Shown here: positions 47,921 through 58,024 of the stretch, piece after piece
Position numbering within the stretch: position 1 is the stretch's first letter
Layout: each line of letters begins with the position of its first letter
Source: an uncultured Arcobacter sp.
GTDB taxonomy: Bacteria; Campylobacterota; Campylobacteria; Campylobacterales; Arcobacteraceae
Direction: 5' to 3'
Assembly (NCBI GenBank): GCA_965140705.1
Contig: OZ223302.1
Coordinates: 608,001 to 672,000, forward strand
DNA length: 64,000 nucleotides
Notes under the pieces: model-generated
Told to the model about the DNA's origin: nothing
The model's input: only the letters and a program-made list of their open reading frames with translations
Database searches by the model: none
Position numbers and translations under genes: made by a program

Positions 47921-48496
47921 TTATTTTTTATCAAAGGGAGGGATTCTTCCTACCATTGCTTCGAGTTCTCTAAGCTCATTATCATCATGACCTCTTAGTT
48001 TTTTTGCATGTTTTATGCTCCCATCTGCTAAAACCCACTCCATTTTATGATGAGATGCTTTATAAAACTTATGTGCTTTTGCTGTTTTTAATTCTGTTTC
48101 CCCATAACAAGTACAAAAATATGATTTCCCATCTATATGCTCTACATAAACACCAGTACCACGAATACCTGCTGTCATATTTTCAGTTTTGACCTCATGT
48201 TTATCGCCACCTTTACCAAAAACGGCTAGAACTCCACCTGTTACTACGTTAAGTGTTTTTAACCCACCTTTCTCTTCTATTGAAAATTTTGTATCAGCAT
48301 TTGCTAAAAAAGCATCTTTACCTATATTAAATTTCACTTTTGAATTTTTACCAGTTTTTATAAAATCACCAAGTTTTACAACACTTGTTTTTGTAGCTTT
48401 TTTCCCATTTATATATACATCTCCACTACTTATTACACTATCTGAAAATACATTTAGAACAAAAAGGAAACAAAGCCCAATTATAATTTTTTTCAT
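47921..48496 (-). CDS. Exported FecR-domain protein
   Basis: Signal peptide, GDFIKTGKNSKV and TAGIRGTG (FecR-like). Confidence 0.75.
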   Translation of the reverse strand: MKKIIIGLCFLFVLNVFSDSVISSGDVYINGKKATKTSVVKLGDFIKTGKNSKVKFNIGKDAFLANADTKFSIEEKGGLKTLNVVTGGVLAVFGKGGDKHEVKTENMTAGIRGTGVYVEHIDGKSYFCTCYGETELKTAKAHKFYKASHHKMEWVLADGSIKHAKKLRGHDDNELRELEAMVGRIPPFDKK

Positions 48497-48543
48497 GTTT
48501 GCCTCTCAAACAATAATTTAGTACATTTATTATATCATAAGCC

Positions 48544-50661
48544 ATGAAAATTTTTATTAAGCATAAGATATTATTCTTTTTTATCTCTTTTATATTATTA
48601 AGCTTTTGCTATTTAAATTTTAATAAAATAACTAGTAATTTTGATGAAAAAATTAGAGAAATATTTTTTGAAATAAGAGGAGAAATTCCTACTACAAATA
48701 AGGTAGTAATAATCGATATTGATGAAAAATCTATAAATGCACTTGGACAATGGCCTTTTAGTAGAGATTATATGGCTCAAGTTTTAGCAAATCTTACAAA
48801 TGCAGGTGTTGGAATTATAGGTGTTGATATTATATTTTCAGAATCAGATAGAAATTCCCCTTCTTATATGGCAAAAAAACTAAACGTACAAGGTGAATTT
48901 AGAAATAATGACCAACTTTTAGCCGCTGTTATTTCCCAAACACCTACAGTTTTAGGATATTATTTTACAAAAGATTTATCAAAAAATTCCAAGCCAATTC
49001 CTGTTACAAAATTCACTCCTAATTCATCACCTCATCTTTTAAATTTTAAAAATGTAGTTACAAATATTTCGCCCATACAAGAAAGTGCTTATTCTTCTGG
49101 CTTTTTTAATGCTTTTAATGACCAACAAGGGAAGATTATTAAAATGCCATTATTATTACAATATAAAAACAGAGTCTATCCCTCTTTAGTTTTTGAAATG
49201 ATTAATATTGCAAGTAATACACAAAATGTAAAAATAGTTCAAGATAATTATGCTATTTCTGGTGTAAAACTTTCAAATATTAATATACCAACAGATAAAA
49301 ATGGTTTTATGAGAATAAATTTTAGGGGTGCAAAAAAGAGTTTTAAATATATCTCTTTTTTAGATATTTTAAATGGTAACTTTAACCCAAAAGATGTAAA
49401 TGGAAAATTTGTTTTAATAGGAAGTTCTATTACTACTTTAGCAGATTTACGTTCAACAGTATATGATTTAGCCCTACCAGGAGTTGAGATACATGCAAAT
49501 ATGATTGACAATATCTTAAAAGGTGATTTTTTATATGAACCAACATTTGGAAAAGCCATTGATATTTTAATTATATTTCTTTTAACTGTAGTTTTAGGCA
49601 CACTTTTACTTTTTCTTTCATCTACTAATATTATAATTGTTATTCTTTTATTATCTACTATTCTTTATTCAAGCTATTATTATTTGCTCTTCTCTCAAGG
49701 TCTTATTTTAAATCTTTTTTACCCAATAGTCTCAATTATTCTAACAAGCCTAAGTGCTTTTTATATCAACTATCAAAAAGAGCAAAAGCAAAAAGAGTTT
49801 ATAAAAGATAAATTTGCAAAAAAAGTTTCATTAGAAGTTGCTAATGACCTATTATCAAATGATAATAATGATTTTAAAGCTAAAGAACAAGAACTAACAA
49901 TATTCTTTAGTGATATAAGAGGCTTTACAAATATCTCTGAAGAGTTTGAGTCTCCACAAAAACTAATTGAAGTACTTAATAAATATTTTGAACCAATGAG
50001 TGAGGTTATTATTCAAAACCATGGAACAATCGATAAGTTTATAGGTGATGCAATTATGGCATACTGGAATGCTCCATGTGATGTGGAAGACCATGCAGAT
50101 AAGGCTCTACAAAGTGCAATAAGTCAACTTAAAAAATTAGAAGAACTCAATAGAGAGCTTAAAAAAGATTTTAATTTATCTATTCAAATAGGTATAGGAA
50201 TTCATACAGGAATTGCTGTTGTTGGAGAGATGGGTTCATCGGGAAGAAGTGATTATACCATTATTGGTGATAATGTAAATTTAACATCAAGAATTGAAAA
50301 TCTTAGTAAATATTTTGGAGTAGAACTATTAATAAGTGAATCTACAAAAATATCATTAAAAGATAATTATCATTTGAAATATTTAGCAAGTGTTATAGTA
50401 AAAGGTAAAAGTACTTCAATAAAACTCTATCAAGTAGTGTTAGATAAAGATTATGAAGAGTTTCAAGATATCCAAGAAGATTATGAAAAAGCTATTAAAC
50501 ACTACCAAAATAAAAACTTCACAGCTAGTAAAAATATTTTTGAAGAGATTGAAAATACTCATCCTTCAAAAATAAATAGGATTTATATAAATAGATGTAA
50601 AGAACATATAAGCTCAAAAGAAAACAACATAGTTTTAGATTTTGTCATGGAAGAAAAATAA
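48544..50661 (+). CDS. CHASE2-domain class III adenylate cyclase
   Basis: CHASE2 motifs VIIDIDEKS, GQWPFSR and PGVEIHA; TM helices; cyclase motifs FSDIRGFT, DKFIGDA and YTIIGDNVNLTSR. Confidence 0.93.
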   Translation: MKIFIKHKILFFFISFILLSFCYLNFNKITSNFDEKIREIFFEIRGEIPTTNKVVIIDIDEKSINALGQWPFSRDYMAQVLANLTNAGVGIIGVDIIFSESDRNSPSYMAKKLNVQGEFRNNDQLLAAVISQTPTVLGYYFTKDLSKNSKPIPVTKFTPNSSPHLLNFKNVVTNISPIQESAYSSGFFNAFNDQQGKIIKMPLLLQYKNRVYPSLVFEMINIASNTQNVKIVQDNYAISGVKLSNINIPTDKNGFMRINFRGAKKSFKYISFLDILNGNFNPKDVNGKFVLIGSSITTLADLRSTVYDLALPGVEIHANMIDNILKGDFLYEPTFGKAIDILIIFLLTVVLGTLLLFLSSTNIIIVILLLSTILYSSYYYLLFSQGLILNLFYPIVSIILTSLSAFYINYQKEQKQKEFIKDKFAKKVSLEVANDLLSNDNNDFKAKEQELTIFFSDIRGFTNISEEFESPQKLIEVLNKYFEPMSEVIIQNHGTIDKFIGDAIMAYWNAPCDVEDHADKALQSAISQLKKLEELNRELKKDFNLSIQIGIGIHTGIAVVGEMGSSGRSDYTIIGDNVNLTSRIENLSKYFGVELLISESTKISLKDNYHLKYLASVIVKGKSTSIKLYQVVLDKDYEEFQDIQEDYEKAIKHYQNKNFTASKNIFEEIENTHPSKINRIYINRCKEHISSKENNIVLDFVMEEK

Positions 50662-51800
50662 AAGTTCTTACAAATTAATTTATTTTTATCACAAAAATCT
50701 TCAAAACTATTTTTTATATCTTTATTCTCCATAAAGCTAAGAGATTTTTGAGAATAGCTTTTATATAAATCTTTATTTTCATAAAGCATTTTTATACTAT
50801 TTATCCACTCATTTTCATCATTTATATCCAAAATAAAACCACTTTTTGAATTTTTTACAATCTCTTTTGGTCCCCCTTTATTTGTGACAATCACAGGAAG
50901 AGAAGAACTCATAGCCTCCATAACAACTTGCCCTAAAGTATCTGTAGTAGAGGGGAAAATAAAAACATCAGAACTAGCATATATATGTGATAACTCTTTT
51001 CCTAATTTCATTCCTAAAAAATAGATATTAAACTTTTTTAACTCTTCTTTATACTTTAAAAAATGTCCATTTCCTACGATGATTAAATCAATATTCAAGT
51101 TTAAAGAATATACTTTTTTAAAAAGTTCAATCAAAAACTCTATATTTTTCTCTTTTGTCGCTCTTCCCACATATAAAAACTTCATACTATTTACTCTTAT
51201 TTTATAATCATTCCAGATATTAATATCTCTAAAAGATGGAGAAAAACTTTTGGTATTAATACCTGCATTTAAAATATATATTTTTGATTCATCTATTTTC
51301 AAATCATTCATCACTATACTTTTATACTCTTGGGTTCTAACAAATATCGCTTCAAAGTTACTATAAAAAAATCTTAAATAGCATTTTGAAATATATCTAA
51401 AGATTTTTAAATTTGTATTTTTATAGATGTATGCTGGAAAGTCCGTATGATATATCCCAGCTTTTGGTATTTTGTAAATCCTAGTTAATATTGAACCTAT
51501 TATTCCAACAGGACCAGGAGTAGAGATATGTACTAAAGTAGGAGAGAGTTTTTTTAATAATTTTGACATTTTAAATGGATTTGGAAATACTAAATCTAAC
51601 TCTTTATAAAAAGGCATAGGGATTCTAAAAAAAGGTTTTATATTATAAATAGATTTTTTTTGTGAGAAAGCACTCTTTTTAGTAGATGTTATTATTTTAA
51701 ATTCATCTTTTGATATATCTGCAAAATCATTTAAAAATCTAGATACTCCATTTAAGTCATAAACTGTATCGCTAAATAAAACTATATTTACATTATTCAT
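50583..51800 (-). CDS. GT4-family glycosyltransferase (Agt/MgtA-like glycolipid synthase)
   Basis: NGVS, HISTPGPVG, YHTDFPAY, YVGRATKEKN and FPSTTDTLGQVVMEAM. Confidence 0.88.
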   Translation of the reverse strand: MNNVNIVLFSDTVYDLNGVSRFLNDFADISKDEFKIITSTKKSAFSQKKSIYNIKPFFRIPMPFYKELDLVFPNPFKMSKLLKKLSPTLVHISTPGPVGIIGSILTRIYKIPKAGIYHTDFPAYIYKNTNLKIFRYISKCYLRFFYSNFEAIFVRTQEYKSIVMNDLKIDESKIYILNAGINTKSFSPSFRDINIWNDYKIRVNSMKFLYVGRATKEKNIEFLIELFKKVYSLNLNIDLIIVGNGHFLKYKEELKKFNIYFLGMKLGKELSHIYASSDVFIFPSTTDTLGQVVMEAMSSSLPVIVTNKGGPKEIVKNSKSGFILDINDENEWINSIKMLYENKDLYKSYSQKSLSFMENKDIKNSFEDFCDKNKLICKNFYFSSMTKSKTMLFSFELICSLHLFI

Positions 51801-51804
51801 TTAA

Positions 51805-51876
51805 ATATACTATCAAGTAATGGTTACAAAAATATTACTAAAATGATGCCATAATGTAACCATATATAATTAAAAT
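51805..51876. promoter_or_regulatory. Mirror-symmetric divergent promoter with inverted ATGGTTACA/TGTAACCAT boxes
   Basis: Both strands read GTAAC-N10-(-10 hexamer)-N6-ATG. Confidence 0.6.
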
Positions 51877-51882
51877 CTATTT

Positions 51883-52611
51883 ATGAAATACAAATCAATA
51901 TTTATATCAGATGTACATTTAGGTACAAGATTTTCTCAAGCAGAAAAGTTAATTGACTTCTTAAAAGATAATGAAAGTGAAAATCTTTTTTTAGTGGGTG
52001 ATATTATTGATGGGTGGTCAATAAGAAGAAAATTTGTTTGGCCACAAGCCCACTCTGATGTTATACAAAAAGTTCTAAGAAAGGCTAGAAAAGGAACAAA
52101 TGTATACCTTATAACTGGTAATCACGATGAATTTTTAAGACCTTTTGTTCCTCTTGTTTTAGGAGATAATTTAGAAGTTTCCAATGAATTTGAGTATATC
52201 TCTGTTAAGGGAAAAAGTTATTATGTTACCCATGGTGATTTTTTTGATTCTATTACTATGACAAAAAAATGGTTAGCTATTTTGGGAGATTATGGATATG
52301 ATTTTTTACTTTATATAAACTTTATATTAAATAAAATAAGAAAAACATTTAAAATTAATTCAAAATGGTCACTATCAAAATATATAAAAGATAATGTAAA
52401 AAGTTCTGTTAATTTTATAAATGATTTTGAAAAAGTTCTGACTAACCATGCAAAACACAAAGGTTATGATGGTATCATTTGTGGACATATTCATAAAGCA
52501 GAACAAAGAGATATAGAAGGAATTGAATATAAAAACTGTGGTGATTGGGTAGAATCATGCACTGCACTGGTGGAGACTTATGAAGGTAAATTTGAAATTA
52601 TTACTTGGTAA
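51883..52611 (+). CDS. plcP: PlcP/LpxH2-family metallophosphoesterase (phospholipase C-like)
   Basis: ISDVHLG, VGDIIDGW, WPQAHSDVIQKVLRKARKG, GNHDE, HGD, CGHIH and NCGDWVESCTA. Confidence 0.8.
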   Translation: MKYKSIFISDVHLGTRFSQAEKLIDFLKDNESENLFLVGDIIDGWSIRRKFVWPQAHSDVIQKVLRKARKGTNVYLITGNHDEFLRPFVPLVLGDNLEVSNEFEYISVKGKSYYVTHGDFFDSITMTKKWLAILGDYGYDFLLYINFILNKIRKTFKINSKWSLSKYIKDNVKSSVNFINDFEKVLTNHAKHKGYDGIICGHIHKAEQRDIEGIEYKNCGDWVESCTALVETYEGKFEIITW

Positions 52612-52616
52612 AAAAC

Positions 52617-53372
52617 ATGACTAAATTTGCACTTTGCTTAAGTGGTGGAGCAGCAAGGGGTGCTTTTCATTTGGGTGCACTAGCTTTTTTTGATGAACAT
52701 AATATCAAATTTGAGGCTTTTAGTGGAAGCTCAATTGGCTCAATTATTGTATCTTCATATGCAAGTGGAGTCTCTCCTTTAGAACAATTAAAAATATTCA
52801 AATCAAAAGAGATAAAAAAATGCATAAAATTTAATCCATATTTAAATGGTTTACTGAAAATTGACATAACAAACCCTTTGATAAAAGAGCTATTACCAAT
52901 AGCAAAAATAGAAGATGTGCCAAAACCTTTATATATTTGTGTTTATGATTATAAAAATAAAGAGTTGGTCTATTATAATAAAGGTGATGTGATTAACTTA
53001 TGTATAGCTTCTTCTGCTTTAATTCCACTATTTAAGCCTTTAAAATTTGAAAATAGAAAATTATTTGATGGAGGATTATTAAATAATATACCAATTGAGC
53101 CACTACTAAATAAAAACTATAAAATATGTGCCCTTGATCTTCTCCCTAGAAAAGAGAGAACTCTACGAAAAAATTACAACCCAATAAATCTAGTAAAAAA
53201 AAGAATATTTAAAACTTGGCACCAAAATATTGACTATGCAATAAAGCATACAGATATTTATATTACAAGCAATAAATTAAGAGATACAAAGATGTTTACT
53301 TTTGATGGTTTGGATGAACTTTTTAAGCTAGGGTATAAAGAAGCAAGTAATCATATAAATTCATTTAACTAA
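52617..53372 (+). CDS. Patatin-like phospholipase
   Basis: LSGGAARG, GSSIG and DGG; start taken as ATG 52617. Confidence 0.9.
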   Translation: MTKFALCLSGGAARGAFHLGALAFFDEHNIKFEAFSGSSIGSIIVSSYASGVSPLEQLKIFKSKEIKKCIKFNPYLNGLLKIDITNPLIKELLPIAKIEDVPKPLYICVYDYKNKELVYYNKGDVINLCIASSALIPLFKPLKFENRKLFDGGLLNNIPIEPLLNKNYKICALDLLPRKERTLRKNYNPINLVKKRIFKTWHQNIDYAIKHTDIYITSNKLRDTKMFTFDGLDELFKLGYKEASNHINSFN

Positions 53373-53423
53373 TAGATTCTTTAAGATATAATCGCCTAAT
53401 AAATATCCAAGAAAAGAATTATT

Positions 53424-56400
53424 ATGTCACAAATACCTGAATTCACACACTTACACTTACATACAGAATATTCGCTCTTAGATGGTGCTAATAAAATCAA
53501 AGAGTTAGCAAAAAAAGTCAAAGCTTTAGGAATGAAAAGTGTTGCTATGACAGACCATGGTAATATGTTTGGAGCTATTGATTTTTATAAGGCTATGAGA
53601 GCTGAAGGCATTAAACCAATTATTGGTATGGAAGCTTACATTCATAACTCGGAAGAGTTAGATGATAAATCCCATAGAAAAAGATTTCACTTATGTTTAT
53701 ATGCAAAAAATGAAAAAGGTTACAAAAACTTAATGTTTTTAACTTCTCAAGCTTATATGCATGGATTTTATTACTATCCAAGAATTAACAAAAAAATACT
53801 AAGAGAAAACAGTGAAGGTCTTGTATGTAGTGCAGCTTGTTTACAAGGTGAAGTAAACTGGCATCTTAATACTCAAAGTGAGAGAAATGTAAAAAATGGG
53901 GCAAAAGGGTATGAAGAAGCAAAAAGAATTGCTTTGGAGTATAAAGAGATATTTGGAGATGATTTTTATCTAGAAATTATGAGACATGGTATTTCTGATC
54001 AACACTTTATAGATGACCAAATTTTAAGAATATCAAGAGAAACAGGTATAAAAGTTGTTGCTACAAATGATACTCACTACTTAAAGCAAAAAGATGCCCA
54101 AGCACATGAAGCTTTTATGTGTATTGCCATGAATAAACTTTATGATGATCCAAATAGACTAAGACATAGTGTTCATGAGTTTTATTTAAAATCATCAGAA
54201 CAAATCTCAAAACTATATGCAGATATTCCAGAAACAATAGCTGCAACGCAAGAGATAGTTGATAAATGTAACTTAGAGATAAAACTAGGAGATCCAACTC
54301 CTCCAAACTTTAAATTTACAAGGGAAAAATCATTTGAACAAGGCTTGACTCTACCAGAACCAGATAAAGAATACTCTTTAGAAAATGATAAAATTTTATT
54401 TGTACATGAATGTTGGAAAGGTTTAGAAAAAAGACTTGAAATAGTACCCCAAGAGAGACATCAAGAGTATAAAGATAGATTACAAGTCGAAATAGACATT
54501 ATCAATAGTATGAAGTTCCCTGGATATATGCTTATCGTTTGGGATTTCGTAATTGCCGCAAAACAAATGAGAATACCAGTTGGTCCAGGAAGGGGTTCTG
54601 CTGCTGGAAGTTTAGTTGCTTTTTCCCTTGCTATTACGGATATTGACCCATTACCTTATGGTTTACTTTTTGAGAGATTTCTAAATCCAGAAAGGGTATC
54701 GATGCCAGATATTGATATGGATTTCTGTCAAGCTAGACGTCAAGAGATTCTTGATTATGTAATTGAAAAATATGGAAGAGCCAATGTTGCCCAAATCATT
54801 ACCTTTGGTAAATTACTTGCAAAAGGGGTTATTAGAGATGTTGCTAGAGTTCTTGATATGCCCTATGCTCAAGCTGATGCAATGGCAAAACTTATTCCAG
54901 ATGAACTTGGGATTAACTTAACATCTTCATACGAAAAAGAACCAAAGATAAAAGAACTTTGCGATTCAAATCCTCAAGCAAAAAGAGTTTGGGATTTTGC
55001 ACTAGCCCTTGAAGGACTAAATAGAAATGCTGGAACTCACGCAGCGGGAGTTGTTATTTCAAATGAACCTCTTTGGAATAAAACACCCCTATTTAAACCT
55101 TCAGGAATGGAAACCCTAGCTACCCAATACAACGGTAAATATGTAGAAGATGTGGATTTGATTAAATTCGACTTCTTGGGTTTAAAGACCCTAACTGTTA
55201 TTGAAGAAGCAAATAAACTAATAGAGCAAAGACATGGAAAAAGAGTAAATTTCTTAACCGTGGATGTAAATGATAAGGGTGTTTACGACTTAATTCAAAC
55301 AGGAAATACAATTGGATTATTCCAAATAGAGTCAGATGGTATGCAAGATTTATGTAAAAGATTAAAACCATCAAACTTTGAGGATATTATCGCCGTTCTT
55401 GCTCTTTATAGACCAGGTCCAATGGAGTCTGGGATGCTTGATGACTTTATCGATAGAAAACATGGTCGAGCTGAAATCAACTACTTCTATGATGAATTTG
55501 ATGCACCTTTAAGACCAATACTTGAAACAACCTATGGGGTTATCGTTTACCAAGAGCAAGTTATGCAAATCGTACAAACAATTGGTGGATTTAGCCTTGG
55601 TGGTGCCGATTTAGTTAGACGGGCAATGGGTAAAAAGATTAAAGAAGAGATGGATAGACTAAAAGGCGAGTTCGCTGAAGGTGGAGTGAAAAAAGGATAT
55701 GTAAAAGAACATTGTGAAGAGCTATTCGATTTGATTGTAAAATTTGCTGGATATGGATTTAATAAATCTCACTCAGCAGCTTATGCACTTGTGACATTTT
55801 ATACTTCTTATTTGAAAAAATATTATCCATCAGAATTTATGGCTGCACTTTTAACACTAGAAAAAGATAATACAGATAAAGTTGTAAAATATGTGGATGA
55901 AGTAAAAAGATTAAAACTAGACCTATTTCCACCAGATATTAATAAATCAGACCTTGTATTTGCGCCTAAGAAAATTGATGGACAAGAAGTAGTAATGTTT
56001 GGAATGGGTGCCATTAAAGGTGCTGGAGACGTTGCTATTAAATCAATTTTAAAAGAGAGAAATGAAAATGGAAATTTTGAAGATTTTGCAGATTTTATTT
56101 CAAGAGTTGATGGAAGTAAAGTAAATAAAAGAGTATTTGAATCTTTAGCAAAAGCTGGTGGTTTTGATACCTTTGGATACTCAAGACGAGCAATTTTAGA
56201 ACAAATTGAGACCATAAATGAAACTGTTGGAAAGGCAATGGCTGCTAAAAAAATGGCAACAGGTTCACTTTTTGGAGATTCAAAAGAACTTACAAAAGTT
56301 GAAGTTCAATTAGAAAAATTTGAAGAGTATGAATTAAAAGAGTTATTAGAATTAGAAAAACAATCTTTAGGATTTTATGTATCAGGACATCCCCTTGATG

Positions 56401-56966
56401 AGTATAGAGAACAATTAGATGGAATAAACTATACCCTATCTTCTGAAATAGAAGATTTAGGAGATGGAAGTGAAGCTCTTTTTATTGGAAAGATTGAAAC
56501 TATTAATGAAAGAATCTCTAAAAAAGGTAATAAATTTGCAATTTTAAATCTTATGGATTTACATGGAAATATAGAATTAATGCTATTTGAAGATAGATTA
56601 AAAGAGTTAAGAGAAGATTTTGACTTAAGTGAACCTATTGCTTTTAAAGTGAGAATTTCAAAAGATGACCAATTTACTAGAATCAGTTTAAGAAAGATAG
56701 AGACCTTAAAAGAGGCAAAAAAAGAGAAAATTAAAAGAAAACAAAAAGAGATAGAAGAACCACCAATAACAGTAGCAGTTAATTTTGCAGATGACGATAA
56801 AATCATGTATGACCTTTTTGAGATTATTGCACATAATCAAGGGAAAAGAGAGTTAAAACTATTGGTAAAATCAAAACTAGCTGATATTGAACTTGATACT
56901 GGATTTAAAGTGACTTCAAATATAGAAGGACTAATAAAATCACTTGATGGAGTCTTTATAGCATAA
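53424..56966 (+). CDS. dnaE: DNA polymerase III alpha subunit
   Basis: HLHTEYSLLDG, GPGRGSAAGS, PDIDMDF and YGFNKSH. Confidence 0.98.
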   Translation: MSQIPEFTHLHLHTEYSLLDGANKIKELAKKVKALGMKSVAMTDHGNMFGAIDFYKAMRAEGIKPIIGMEAYIHNSEELDDKSHRKRFHLCLYAKNEKGYKNLMFLTSQAYMHGFYYYPRINKKILRENSEGLVCSAACLQGEVNWHLNTQSERNVKNGAKGYEEAKRIALEYKEIFGDDFYLEIMRHGISDQHFIDDQILRISRETGIKVVATNDTHYLKQKDAQAHEAFMCIAMNKLYDDPNRLRHSVHEFYLKSSEQISKLYADIPETIAATQEIVDKCNLEIKLGDPTPPNFKFTREKSFEQGLTLPEPDKEYSLENDKILFVHECWKGLEKRLEIVPQERHQEYKDRLQVEIDIINSMKFPGYMLIVWDFVIAAKQMRIPVGPGRGSAAGSLVAFSLAITDIDPLPYGLLFERFLNPERVSMPDIDMDFCQARRQEILDYVIEKYGRANVAQIITFGKLLAKGVIRDVARVLDMPYAQADAMAKLIPDELGINLTSSYEKEPKIKELCDSNPQAKRVWDFALALEGLNRNAGTHAAGVVISNEPLWNKTPLFKPSGMETLATQYNGKYVEDVDLIKFDFLGLKTLTVIEEANKLIEQRHGKRVNFLTVDVNDKGVYDLIQTGNTIGLFQIESDGMQDLCKRLKPSNFEDIIAVLALYRPGPMESGMLDDFIDRKHGRAEINYFYDEFDAPLRPILETTYGVIVYQEQVMQIVQTIGGFSLGGADLVRRAMGKKIKEEMDRLKGEFAEGGVKKGYVKEHCEELFDLIVKFAGYGFNKSHSAAYALVTFYTSYLKKYYPSEFMAALLTLEKDNTDKVVKYVDEVKRLKLDLFPPDINKSDLVFAPKKIDGQEVVMFGMGAIKGAGDVAIKSILKERNENGNFEDFADFISRVDGSKVNKRVFESLAKAGGFDTFGYSRRAILEQIETINETVGKAMAAKKMATGSLFGDSKELTKVEVQLEKFEEYELKELLELEKQSLGFYVSGHPLDEYREQLDGINYTLSSEIEDLGDGSEALFIGKIETINERISKKGNKFAILNLMDLHGNIELMLFEDRLKELREDFDLSEPIAFKVRISKDDQFTRISLRKIETLKEAKKEKIKRKQKEIEEPPITVAVNFADDDKIMYDLFEIIAHNQGKRELKLLVKSKLADIELDTGFKVTSNIEGLIKSLDGVFIA

Positions 56967-57754
56967 TGAAACAAATACTTTTAACAAATGATGATGGATT
57001 TGATGCAGTAGGATTAAAAGCTTTAATAGATGCCTTAAGTCCAATAGCAAAACTTACTGTTGTAGCTCCAGCTAAAAATAAATCTGCTTGTGGTCACTCT
57101 ATGACCTTAGATAAACCACTAAGAATGATTAGTGTTGATGACGATTATTACAAAATTGATGATGGTACACCAACTGATTGTGTTTTTATTTCACTAAATA
57201 ATCTATTTAAAGAGGGGTATAAACCTGACTTAGTAGTTAGTGGAATAAATATTGGTTCAAATATGGGCGAAGATATCACATATAGTGGAACAGCTGCTGC
57301 TGCTATGGAAGCTACCTTACAAGGAATTCCAGCAATTGCTATATCACAAGTATTTAATGACTTGCCAGGTGGTATAGATCCAAAAGAAGACTTTACTTTA
57401 GCAAAAAAAGCAATTTCTACAATTGTAAAAAAAATATTTAAAAAAGAGTTCCCTTTAGAAGATAGAAAATTTCTAAATATAAATATTCCTCCAATACATG
57501 AAGATGATTGTAAAGGTTTTAAAATAACAAAAGCTGGATATAGAATATATGGAAATGATACGCATAGACACCTTAATCCTAGAGGAGAAGAGTTTTATTG
57601 GATAGGGCTTCATCCTTTGATTTGGGAAGAAAGTGAAGAATTAGATTGTGATTTTGAAGCTATAAAAGCAAATTTTATCTCTATTTCGCCTATAATGTTA
57701 GATATGACTTCATACGATGACATAACAAATTTAAATGATTGGATAAAGGAATAA
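56966..57754 (+). CDS. surE: 5'/3'-nucleotidase SurE
   Basis: LLTNDDG, GTPTDCV, SGIN and YSGT. Confidence 0.96.
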   Translation: MKQILLTNDDGFDAVGLKALIDALSPIAKLTVVAPAKNKSACGHSMTLDKPLRMISVDDDYYKIDDGTPTDCVFISLNNLFKEGYKPDLVVSGINIGSNMGEDITYSGTAAAAMEATLQGIPAIAISQVFNDLPGGIDPKEDFTLAKKAISTIVKKIFKKEFPLEDRKFLNINIPPIHEDDCKGFKITKAGYRIYGNDTHRHLNPRGEEFYWIGLHPLIWEESEELDCDFEAIKANFISISPIMLDMTSYDDITNLNDWIKE

Positions 57755-57759
57755 CGTAA

Positions 57760-58020
57760 ATGAATTTTAAGAAGGCTCTAATCTGCAACATAGAAAAACT
57801 TGTTGGAGAATTAAAAGATGAAACAGAGTTAAAAGAAATTTTAAAAAGAAAATTTACAAAAAAAGAGTATAAAGTTTTTGTTGCTTCTGAAGAGGGACAA
57901 GATTTTGAACAAATTTGCGAATTAATTGATGAGAAGATAGACAGAGTTGAAGAACTTTACAAATCTGCCATCAAAAAAATAAATCAAGAAAAAATTAAAA
58001 AAGAGCTAGTTGATTTATAA
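57760..58020 (+). CDS. Small protein with sigma70 region-4-like HTH pattern
   Basis: FTKKEYKVF...FEQICELID...RVEELYKSAIKKI; AAGGA RBS. Confidence 0.6.
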   Translation: MNFKKALICNIEKLVGELKDETELKEILKRKFTKKEYKVFVASEEGQDFEQICELIDEKIDRVEELYKSAIKKINQEKIKKELVDL

Positions 58021-58024
58021 TATC

